NCBI GenBank assembly: GCA_003971905.1
Contig: RSEE01000079.1
Coordinates: forward strand, 248,001-312,000
Length of the DNA stretch: 64,000 nucleotides
Direction of reading: 5' to 3'
DNA from: Moniliella sp. 'wahieum'
Taxonomy: Eukaryota
The notes beneath the pieces are model-generated. The model ran no database searches and was not told the origin of the DNA. It worked only from the letters and a program-made list of their open reading frames with translations. Below are positions 40,212 to 51,735 of this stretch, piece after piece; the stretch's first letter is position 1; every line of letters starts with the position of its first letter. The position numbers and the translations under genes were made by a program.

Positions 40212-40890
40212 ACTAGTGACTCGGGCCTGGAGTCCTGAATATTGAATCCTGAGTGGGGATGACCAATTAAAGTCTAGACATTCAAGGTATAGCCAAAAGG
40301 AGGGGACGGACGTCGCAACTATACCGTGGGCGCATAGTTGAGTTTCTTTTCATCATTATAATCACATCTTGCCCTTTTGCATCCTTGACGTGTGCGATAC
40401 CGATCCAAATCCAAATTGTTATTGTGAGCAGGATCCCATTCCGCTAGGGTCAAGGTGACATGGAGTCCCGTTCCCCTAGGAAACGTGGGAGATATGGTCA
40501 AAGAGTCGAACGGACGACATCAACAGAAAAAGGGCGGCCCCTGCGAGGCTTTTTTGACAGCAGCGTGACAAAAGGACACACCAGGAGCGACGGGGAAGCA
40601 CTTGCGACCGAATTGCACGGAGCAGCTTGCGCGCCTTGCTTGAAGTTCTTCAGCACAAGCCGGAATGCCGGCCTGGTGGATGAATTGATGGCCAGAAGGA
40701 GAAAGCCTGCGGGGCCGCGAGTTGGTTGAAAAGCTTGGGATGGAGAGCCTTTGGGGGTGACCTCTGGAGCGCAGCGATGGAGTGGGAGATGGACTTTTCG
40801 TACTCGGGAAGGCTGTGATTTAGGTGCTGTATAGGTGGATAAACGCAATTCAGCGGTTTCGAGAATCTCGATAACTACCTCTCCGCCTTG

Positions 40891-43800
40891 TTACCAGAAA
40901 GGGCACCAGCTGTGCATCCGTTCAAGCACAGAATGTCAAAAGACAGTTAGCGAGCTCGACTCAAACGATCGCACTCATTCAGCACACGCTGCTCTACATC
41001 TCGGACATCATCAACCACGGAGCTCACGTACCCAAAGTATGCGCCCGCTAGGTTGGTCACAGAAGTCGCTTGTGCAATCAAGAGCTGAATCTGACGCTCG
41101 ACTGGAAGAGGCCCGTCGGTATCAAACTCAGTCCCCTCCAACTTGCTCCCCACGCGGGATATTCTTTCCATGGCCCGAACGTTGCGCAAGCCAGCACCGG
41201 TCAAAACATCCTCTTCATTGTATCGGTCCATCCCTACCGCATCCAGCCCTGCCCCATTCCCATCGACAAACCTCCAGCCCACGAGGGGGTCATGGACAAA
41301 TGCTTCAAGCAGTGTGAACACGCCTTCTTTGCTTCCTCGCATCACCTTCATCACTTTCTCGGCCGTGATACCGAACGTGCCTCGGACACCACCAATGCCC
41401 ATGGCCTTGACGAGCATACGGGTGAGACGGATGGGAACCTTTCCGGCAAGTGAGGTCGCTGCATTGCCGTTTCAAAGCAATCAGCAAAGTCAACATGCAC
41501 CACCTCCCCCGTATAGCGATCAAGGAGAAGATTACCCGGGTGCCGATCTCCCAATCCCAGGATGTATCCGGCCATGGAAGATACAGCGAGGGAATGTGTA
41601 TAGTTCAGTCTCCTTTCATACCAGACCGAGCTGTTGGGTGCGTGAAGCCACATGATGTTGTATAGGTCGTCCCCTTTGGTCCTGGACATAGCCTCATTGA
41701 AGGCCTCCACCTGCTGCAGTAGAGGTAGTTTACCGTAATCAGGCGCAAATTGAATCATGATCCGAGGCTCCATATCATACTGAATGTGGGCTCTTTTCCG
41801 GTATTGGCGGATGGCGGTGGTTAAGGTGTCAGTGCTACCCACCCATCCTTGCATCCCGGTACTGGGAGAAAGAGGGATGACGGGAAAGCGGCGCATACGC
41901 AAGCCTCTCTTTCCCGTCTCAAGACTCTGGGCCAAAAGCTTGTTGACCAAGCCAAACAACTGCATCACTCTCTCGTCTTGGCGCATGTCTTCATGCCCTT
42001 TGAGGAGGTAAAAGTAAGAAACACCGTCGCTACCCTCCAACTCAATCTTGCGAGGGCGTTGCTTCGAGAGAATAATGTCCACAGATGGTGAAATCGACGA
42101 ATCAAAGTCGAAGACTTGCCAGGCTTGTCTCGTCCAGGAAGCCAAAGATCGAGACAGTTTAGCCTGAGAAGGGAGGGGGCGCACTTCCAGCTTCAGGGTG
42201 AGGGACGACGAATCCGTCCACCTGTTGATGCGGTGGAAGACTCGACGGTAAAACGACCTTGCGTTTTCTAGGTCTCGTATGTCCCCATACTGGCGATAGC
42301 GACGGGCAAAGGTGCGCCTCTTCCAGGTCGCTTCCATTGGCTCGAATGAAAAGCTCTTCGTCATCGGTTTGGCAACCCTTATCCATCATAGCATGCAACC
42401 CCTCTAAAGTAAGCAAATCGTTCACAGGGTCTTGTTTAGACAACTGCAAGATACTCAAGGTCTTGAGATTGGCCAACCATAACTCTGACCAGAAACAGCA
42501 AGGCGAATGAGCTCATGGGAGACCAATGCAGCTTGGTTCACCATTTCTGGATAGCGGTCGCGGTCGCGGATTGAGTCGATCACATCTTGAGCGACCACGG
42601 TGCGGGAAAGGACATTGCTTTTGGTGGCCACCAAAAGGGAGTAAATCAATGCTTGTGGATGAGTCACGCCGATACTGCAGAGGAGTAACTTGATCTGGTT
42701 CCTGATGCGCCACTTGCTAGTGCCGATGCGAGCAACGATTTGAGGAATCACGTCCAGCCAGGTTTCCACTTTGACGGCAGCGAATCCATTAATGATGGCT
42801 CTCGCGACCATTACCTCTTGCCCCCAGCTAAACCACAGTGAGAGAAGGTGAAGGCGGTCTTGTAATGCATCCTTTCCCAGAGCAATAACGCGAACGAGCC
42901 CGGTCATTGCAGGGACAACGCTTGTAGCAATGGACACCTCCGCGCCTTCCTCGATCCGCTTCTGGAGGATTTCCATGTTGGCCTCGGCCCAGTAATGCCA
43001 CGCCTTTTCCCAGCCTCCGTCCAGCTCAGTCGCTCTTCGGAAAGAACCCAGCACATCACTCATAACTGGCTCTATCGCCCACTTCCCAGGTTCCGCAAAG
43101 GTCTTCTTCCACGCCTTGCTTGGTAAAGCAGTGTGCCAGCAAGTTAAGGATTTCCCTCTTGGCTGCTTGAGACCGAAGGGCGGGTCGCCTTCAATTTGAC
43201 TCTGGGTGATGCTTCAGGGCCAAGAACGGGGATCCGGGCCTCCAAGTTGGTGGTAAAAGTGCAGAGATCGGAGAGGATGGTTAGGCGCTCTTGAGGGTGG
43301 GCGGACCAACGTAATTTGAGGTGGCATATGACACGGCAGGGGGTACGCTTAAAGACGTGTAGAGGTCCAATCCGATGTGTGCGTCCGTCGCATCCTCTTC
43401 CACTCCCATCAACTCGAAGAGGTGCTGCGAGCCAAAGTCATTCGTCCCTTTTCCGGCATAAATTGGCAAATTTGATCCAGGCCACTGGATCCTCCCTGGG
43501 GAGTAACGACCAAATTGCGCACGGATAGAACTGTTGCCACATCTCACATCGGGTTGGCACCTCTGGAGACGCTTGAACCAGGTACGACGTATTGCCGCTT
43601 GCCGTTCAGTATCGCCAACACAGCCTTGTAGATCAACACCTCCTCCAGCTCGGCCAAAATCTGGGTGCGTACCACTGAACGATATGACTGGTGTACCCAT
43701 CGGATAACATCAGTCCGAGCTCTGATCGGGCCAAGTCACGCGCACGGTTAATGTGCTTGCGAGCCTTCTCGGATTGTCCCCGGTGTGAAAACAAATGGCG

Positions 43801-46800
43801 CGGTAGAAGAGAGCGGTCTTCGGAGTGGGGGGGCATATGCTGGGTGAATTGTCGAATGCATCCCATTGTTGCTGAAGCCAAGCAGTTCGCAGCGCGAGAC
43901 GAGCCAACTCCTGAATCTGCTCTCCGCTCACATCTTCATATTCGCATGCCTGCTGAATTGAGATTAGGTTTTGGTGCAGGCCTAATGCTTGAAGGCAGCG
44001 CATCTTACCTATTGGGTAGACATCTGCACTGCCCATGAGTCTCGACCTCTTCGTCCCCACGCCCTTGATACACAGTCAGGGCTTGGTCCCACTCATGCAG
44101 CTTCTCATACCACTTCCCCATTTCGTGCAGGTCGCCTCCCTGTTCATCTTGGACCAGGTGGATCGCACCCACCGCACTGCCTGTCTCGCCCAACCGAGCG
44201 GTGATCTCGATGAGCGAATCCAACACCGACTTGTCCTGGTGGACTGTCAAAAGACTCAGCCAAATGCAACGCTTGAGCGTAGTAGCCGTTATCAAATGCA
44301 GTAACCCACAGGTATAGGTCTCGAGGGGACGGCTTGATCCGGCGTTCAACCAACTCAGCCAATTGGAGGAGGATGTGTATAATGTGTTCCGGTGCCGTTT
44401 GGACTCGAACACACCCATGACAGTTGCTGAAAGTCATCGACGTAGGCTCGTAGGGCACTGTGGCAAGCGTCAAAGATCATTGGAGCATTTGAATAGCCAA
44501 TGGAGGATGTACAGCAGCGACAGCAGGCACGCACGCACCGCAAGGGAAGGCGCTCCATAAGAACGCCTCAGCCATACCTTTCATCCACTGTCCCGTCTTC
44601 ATTAGTGACGAGGTTCAACCTGCCACGCTTGTCGGAGGCGATTTGCATTCGGCAATACCGGTTGCTTTGTCGGGGGCAGTTCTTGGGGGGACAGAAGGGT
44701 TTAGGGAGAAGTCGCGGGTCGGCTTTTCCCCATTGAGAAGTTTGGCCACTATCATCTCGTACAGTGGATGCTTGAAGTAGTGGTTCCTTCTGGCTTGCTC
44801 GACCTTGGGTGAACTTAGGTAGCCTTGACCCAGATGACTGCAATGGTCGACAGTGCATCCATTGCAGTCAACCTAGCCCATCGCTTGAGTTCGGGTCTGC
44901 CAAGACACGTACCAACATATGAATGTGACCTCCCGACATGAGGGACCAATCGAGGACAGATCGAGCTGATTCAAGGTGACAATAGCTTTCTCGCGCACTG
45001 GATGAGGAGAGGCCAACATCATTGATCATGTTGCGAAGCACCGTTATGACGGGGAGGCGGTACTCGTTCACCGCTGCGCCCATCAATGTGAGGGTGTGAA
45101 GGATCTTGATTAACAGTTTTGATGCACTGGGGGAGTTTCCAGTCGCCGTGCTTAGTTCACCGAGAAGAAGGGGCAATAGACAATGCATATGTTCGCTGAT
45201 CTCTCGGCCAACGGAAGCGCAGAGAGCCTCGATGCACGACACATAGATTGGCGGGAGATATTTGTGTCCCAGTCATGAGAGATGCTGTCAACGATGCTGG
45301 ACATAAATGCCCGCGTATGCAACTTCGCCACTGAGATCAGTTGGCTAGCTGCTCGTAATAAAAGCTTGCCCTCCCAGGGACTGTAGAGATTTTCAGAAGG
45401 AAGGCGGGAACAACTTGGTTCAATTTGGAAATGGCTACTCCTCCGCTGCGGAACATGAGCATCAGTGTCTCTGCCACAGCGCGGTGGACGGTGTTGGCCA
45501 GAGCCATGTCGTCCCAAATGCGAAGCAAACACGAAACGGCCGCGTGTTCGAGATAGTCTGGACTGTCAAATCCATCTACAACCCCAGCATCAAAGATCCC
45601 CAAGTCGGAGCCGGGGTCGGGGGGCATCACGAACTCGTCGTCTGGAGCTCCAATTCATCCTGTATCGAATATGATAGGTTAGTGGAATCAATGGGGACTG
45701 TGTGATAGCCTTAGCTATGCCGACTTACCTTCAACCAGTTGGGATCCACCGCGCCAAGAAAGCCGACTGCACGGCTGATATCACGAGGTGTTGTAGTATC
45801 AGTTGATGCCTTGAGGATTTGTCCCAGAGCACCCAAGAGGTACTTATACTGAGTTATAGGCTGCACCATGGAGCCTGTGCTAGATGCAATCCAGCGAGGG
45901 CAGCGATAGCGGCATTGCGTCCCGGTAATTCTCCTTGCTTCTTCTCTTGGTTATCTTCTGGACTATTCCCGTCATCAAGGGACGAGCGTTTGGAGCAAGC
46001 TCGGTTCCACATAAGCGCGCCAGTTCACCTATACAGACGAGGGAATTGCAGGCCACTTGGGAGACGGGATGGTCAAACTTGGCCATAATCACGGGTATGA
46101 TTGTGTTGACATACCGCCGTGCAAGCGGAGAAGAAGCTCGGATAATCATGGTGAGCATAATGATCGCCTCCTCTTGGTTCGTGGGGTGTGGAGATACTTC
46201 AGCCTCGGTAAGGAGCTGGGCAAGGGTACTGCGTGTCATGGAGGCAATAGCGCCAGGATTGATGGCACCCAATCGCGACATGATTTTAAGCGCCTCCACA
46301 CGCACAGCGAAGTTCGGGTCGTTTACAAGAATGAGGATTGAACGGGCAAATTCTGGTTGCAGCAAGTACATGTCAAACTGGGGACCTAGTTGCTGAAGGG
46401 CCTTTACTCGTAATCATTCTCAGGGTCCATGACCGCGACGGCCATAATCTTGTCGAGGGCGTCGTCGATGATCTCGGTAAGGCGTAGGCTGTTCCCCGAC
46501 TTTGCCGGAATCTTGGCACACATTTCCGAACAAGTTTCCAGGGCCTCTTCTCGAATAGCATTGTTTTCGCTGCTCAGGTATGGAAGCACCCCATGTACCG
46601 CAAACTCTGCCAAAATATGACCTGACAGGTCAAATACTCGTAAGGAATATAGTGCCGCGCAAACCAACCCGGGGTCGAATAGATGAGAAGGATTCCTGCT
46701 TTTCATCGCTGTACTGCCCACTTCCACATTGGGAGACGAAGGAGATCCAACTGGTCGGAACGGTTTCCCTACTAAAACCAACGAGACCTTGGTGAGCGCA

Positions 46801-48211
46801 CGGCTTTGAGCCTTGTTTAAAATCGAAGGAGCTGAAGCAACAATTTTGTTGAGAGCGTCGGCCCAGTTCCTGCTCAGGCTCACATCCAACAACATCAAGC
46901 AGCCACCCATCCAGATGTGACCCAAAATAGTCACTATCGGATTGGGCCATACACCCGAGTGTCCTGATGGCCGAGTCAACCGTCTCCTTCGACGCCTTGG
47001 ATTGGTTTGGATAACCTCTTTGATGCACAACATGATAGGTACCATATAGTCCCGGATGAGAGAGCCTTCCGCCTGAACCACGTCGGAAAATGTGTCAAAC
47101 ACATGTTCAGCCCGAATCCGAAAGCGCCCGGCACGTTTCTCGCCTTCCTGCAATGCTGCGGCCAATTCATCCACCACATAACCCAGATGATGCGTAGCAA
47201 AGGAGACCTTGTCACAACGGGCAAAAATGGGGACAAGATCTGTAAAGATGGTGATCCATATGGAGTGATGGTGCTCGATTTGAGTTAAGGAAAAGACCAT
47301 GGTGGTGAGGTCGAGTCGTATTTGTGCATTATCAAGTCGGGGACAACCTCGAAAAGTGTCTTGATGCACAATAGACTCCCATGGAGTGCTGGGAAAACCG
47401 TGTCATCTCTTGACCCGGTTAGCCACGTCTCAGCAGCGTGGTGCAACTGCAATACCAACGAGCGTAAAGTAATGGCGTTCAATCGCTCGTGAAGGGCCTG
47501 GAGACACTGGCCAAGCATCTCACTGGCGGCTTCTCGCAACCAGGTTGTTGAATCAATGAGGGCTGGCCAGAGTTTGTTGATGGCGGAAGTCAAAATGTGT
47601 GAGAATGGTTCGGCATGATGCTGGCTAGTGATCCCATAACGACAACAGCACCATAACGGTCATACTTGGTCGTTAAGGGATCCTCCAACCGCTCGAGAGC
47701 CCAGCCTCCGATGTAGTCCACGATGCTTCCAGCGTCTAGAGAAGAATCAAACTTGAGGGTACATGACCTTGGGGATGGAATCCGAATGATTAGTATACTA
47801 TGTTCTGATACAAGAGGGGGACATACAGAGAGCAGCGTTGGCAGCATGGATTACGCTCCGGTTGCGAGTTCCAAGACTGATGCGGATGACACGTAGTTGG
47901 CGATATAGGAAACTGGTGTCCAACAGGTCGGCAATGCTGGAAACGGCAGTCATTGCGCCAAGGCGGGATTGAGTAGAGCTGCCAGATGATCCGAGACGGT
48001 GGATCTGCTGTGCCAAGATAGAGTAGAATTCTTGAGAGTACAAGCCATCTCTGGAGCTATTCTCGTCCGCAAACGAGGCAACGACGGTCTGGACAAGACT
48101 TTCGCAGCCTCTGGGCGGCATCCTGACGACGGGAATCGCTAATATCCTGGAGAGCATCGAAGATGAGACCGACGGTAGCGTGCTCGTGTTTGACTGCGGA
48201 GGCATCTGCAT
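40891..48211 (-). CDS. TOR: TOR-family PIKK kinase, divergent (HEAT-FAT-FRB-kinase-FATC); introns and many frameshifts
   Basis: WYEKLHEWDQAL, WEKAWHYWA, ETWLDVIPQIVARI, HPQALIYSL.VA.KS, an FRB-like segment, SKQRPRK..LLKGHEDMRQDERVMQLFGLVN and GLGDRHPGN. The terminal intron splices to give FGWCPFW-stop (stop at 40891-40893). Confidence 0.95.
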
Positions 48212-48590
48212 CACAGCGAAGAAGACAAAGAGCGCTGGTGGAGCGTGCTGGGGCCATAGGGAGGCCGACAAGGCAGGCAGCATGGATGCGACAGGGTGCT
48301 ACGTCCCGGTCAGGCCAATTTCGGGGAGCGAGGGAGGAAAATGTGGTGGTGGCAAGGACATGCTGCTGTTGGGGGGGGTGGTTGGTGGAGATGGTGTCCC
48401 GGATCTGCCGAGCAGTGCCGGGACAGCGAAAAGGGAAGAGCCAACGCCAACAACTTGGGACAGGGGCAGTGTCCATACGTCGCAAGGTTGCAACTTCAGT
48501 ACCCCAGCTGGCGGTGGCGCAAATGGTCCTGCGCGATGGTCAAAAAGGGGATCAGCCTGAGCCTGACAGCTTTCCTGTTGCGGCCCATTT

Positions 48591-48686
48591 TGAAATTTGA
48601 TCAGTGATCGATGATCATCGATCAGTGCTCGCTCAGCCTGAGCGCTGAGGCTCAGCTTCGGTCGATCATCGATCATCGATCACCGG
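48591..48686. promoter_or_regulatory. Heptamer lattice in the TOR/MLH1 divergent promoter, switching from TGA to TCA phase
   Basis: TGA at 48591, 48598, 48605 and 48612 on the TOR side; TCA at 48666, 48673 and 48680 on the MLH1 side; central tcagcc-tgagcgc-tgaggc-tca. A regulatory role is inferred from position only. Confidence 0.55.
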
Positions 48687-48810
48687 CCGCCTATGTCAGA
48701 GCGTGACGGTCTCCGTGACGCGTTCGGGGATGAAAGTCTCGATGCGACGGCCAGCGGCCACGCCGCCACGGCGAACCGCATCCGCCACGCTGCGTCCATC
48801 CGTCCTCAGA

Positions 48811-51211
48811 ATGTCTGGCTATGCGACGGATTCGATCGAGACACCTGCGCCGCCCGCACGCCCGCTTGAACTGCAAGACCGAGCGAACGCACGACCAATC
48901 AAGCGCCTCGACACGACTGTCATCACCGAATTGCCGCCGGAGAGATTCTGCAGCGGCCCGCCAATGCCCTCAAAGAGCTCCTTGAGAATGCTCTCGACGC
49001 TGGCGCCACGACGATCCGCATCACCCTCGCTCAAGGAGGAGTGCGCATGCTTCAGGTTCAAGATAACGGCTCTGGAATCAACGTACGAACATCTCCGATT
49101 CTGTGTGCGCCCCCGCCGAGACTAACCTCCTCCTCGCTTGCTCCAGCATGCGGACTTGCCGCTTCTATGTGAGCGCTTTGCCACCTCCAAGCTGCGCAGT
49201 GTCGCCGACTTGTCCCATATGGCCACCTTTGGGTTCCGCGGGAGGCGCTTGCGTCCCTGTCGTACGCGGCGGCTCGCGTCACTGTCATGACGAAAACTGC
49301 CGAGGCAGAGGTGGGGTACCGCGCCATCTACTCTGATGGCATCTCCAAACGCCACCCAAAGTGTCTGCCGCGACCGGCGGTACCTCGATTCAGGCTGAGG
49401 ATTTGTTTTACAACCAACCTCATCGTCGCCGTGCTCTCGGTTCGGATGCGGACGAGTACCATCGTTGCCTCGATGTGGCAAGCAAATATGCGGTCCAATT
49501 CGGGGGGCGCGGTGTGGGACTGATGTGCAAGAGGGTACGTCTTTATCTACTTCGTGGGGAAACTGGAACTAACTAACCCCCTTGTACTCCTTATTGGGTT
49601 AGTCGGGGAAACTCGGTCGACTTGAGCACCCCTTCCAGTCCTACCACCACCACCCCGACGTCATCCAGCTCCTGTACGGGAAGCAAGTGGCTCGGGAACT
49701 GGTTCCGCTACGTGGAGCAGGCCTGCCCGATGGGCCCCAATTCTCGGTGGAAGGATGGTTGAGTGGAGCAAACTGGTCCGGAAAGAAGACAGTGTTCCTG
49801 TGCTTCATCAACGATCGGCTGGTCGATTGCCCCGGACTCAAGCGTGCGTTGGAAGCGTTGTATGCGCCACTGCTGCCCCGCGGAGGGCATCCATGGATGT
49901 ACGTTTCGCTTTCCATCCAGCCAGAGGCGCTAGACGTCAATGTTCATCCTTCCAAGCAAACAGTCCACTTTGTTGATGAAGATGCGGTGATCGAAGCCGT
50001 CGCCGCCCATGCCGCCTCCGCGCTGTCCCCGCCCGAGGAACAAACCGCAGTCGGTCTTTCCGCTTTACCCAGCTCCACCTCCCTGGACTGGAGGAACCTA
50101 CTATGGAACGAACTCCGAACAAACCCAGCCCCGCCATTTGGTTCGCACCGATGCCAACGCCCAAACGCTCGATGGCTTTTTCCGAACCCAGCCTGGTTCG
50201 GGTCCAGCGCCAGTGGGGCGATGGCAGAATGTTCGAGTGATCCTGTGCTCATGCCTTCCTCGGAACCCAACGATGAGGAACAGGAAGGACCACGGAAACG
50301 CCCTCGAATCGGCTGGACCAAAATCCGAGAAAGTGACAACGATCTTGCGACCGTAGCTTCTCTCCGAGACGAAGTCCGGCAGCTGGCTCACAAGGCTTTC
50401 ACGGAAATTATCCAGCACCACACATTTGTCGGTATCGTCGATCCAACCCGATCTCTCAGCTTGATTCAGCACAAGACGGAACTCTTTCTAATCAACCATG
50501 CTCAGATTATGTGCGTGCCTCCCCCCCCCCCCCCCCCCTTATTGTGTGCAATTGTTGACGGAATGGACACAGAGCCGAGTTTGGGTACCAACTTGTCCTC
50601 CGCCAATTTGGTGCGTTTGAAACCGTCGCATTTGATCCTCCTTTGGATTTGGTTTCCTTGACGAGCGCGGCAATCGCACGAGATACCACCTTCCCTTCCC
50701 ATCTCGACCAAAGGCAGATGGCGAAGAAAGTGGTGCAAAAGTTGTTGGAGCAGAGTGAACTTTTGGACGAATACTTCGGCATTCGCCTCACCCCACCCGC
50801 CACAGAGGGGACCGAGGGGACTTTGGACGCCCTTCCCGCCCTGCTGCCCCTCCCCCCCGGCGCCGTGGGTGACTGGCAAAGGCACGTGGCGGGGCACGGA
50901 ATCCAACCTGCTAACATTGCCTCCCTCCTGGTCCGCCTGGCCTCCACGGTGAACTGGAGCGAGGAGCAGCCCTGTCTCTCTGGCGTGGCCCGGGAGATTG
51001 GGCGGGCGTGTGTTCCCCCCGAGGCGAGCGAGGTAGAGGATGGGACGACGGGGACGGGGACGGGATGAGTCAGTGGGCCATCCAACACGTCTGGTTCCCC
51101 GCAATGCACGCACGGCGCGGTGCTTACCTTCCATCCTCCCGTGTCCAGCCCACATCCGTGTTCAAGGTGGCGGCGATGGCCGATCTGTATCGTGTATTCG
51201 AACGGTGCTGA
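48811..51211 (+). CDS. MLH1: DNA mismatch repair protein Mlh1 (three introns, frameshifted)
   Basis: [71 protein letters not shown] and the diagnostic C-terminus LYRVFERC. Confidence 0.97.
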
Positions 51212-51735
51212 CAAAAAGGTTGCACCTTCGCCCCCGCCTGGGTTTCTAACTTGTACATCCAAAACCCAAGACGTGTTTGTGAAACAGACGATGGAGACCT
51301 GCAGTGTGAGAGGGAATGGGGGCATAATGTGGATTTCATGATACAGATGGAGGACCAACAGTCCTACAGACCGCCGCAGTCGATCGATCGACTGTGAAGC
51401 AGCGGGTGGGCTACAGATCAAGATGCACAGAGACGGCCTCGCATAACATGCGTACGGAGTAGAGCTCTGGGGGAACAGTATGCACTTCGTCCTTGCCGTC
51501 TCGCGTGAGGGCAAGGACGCAGCGCGCGTTGGGTATAATCAGCATCATCCGCTGTGCCAAATGCGTGCAAACGGCAGAAGTTGAAGAGAGAGTTGGGGAG
51601 GAAGACAGCGAAGAGAAGGAGGGAAACAAGAAAAACGCCAACAACGTGAACCCTGTTGGTGTTTCGGTACAGGGAAGAAACAGTATTAGCTATCAAAGAT
51701 GCCAGTTACCTGGTATATCCGAAAACTTGAAAGGG

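Noticed and set aside
2083..51514. Long antisense ORFs overlapping real genes (e.g. 2282-2923, 3210-3851, 50507-51514)
   Set aside because: These are expected shadow ORFs of GC-rich coding sequence, with no independent motifs.
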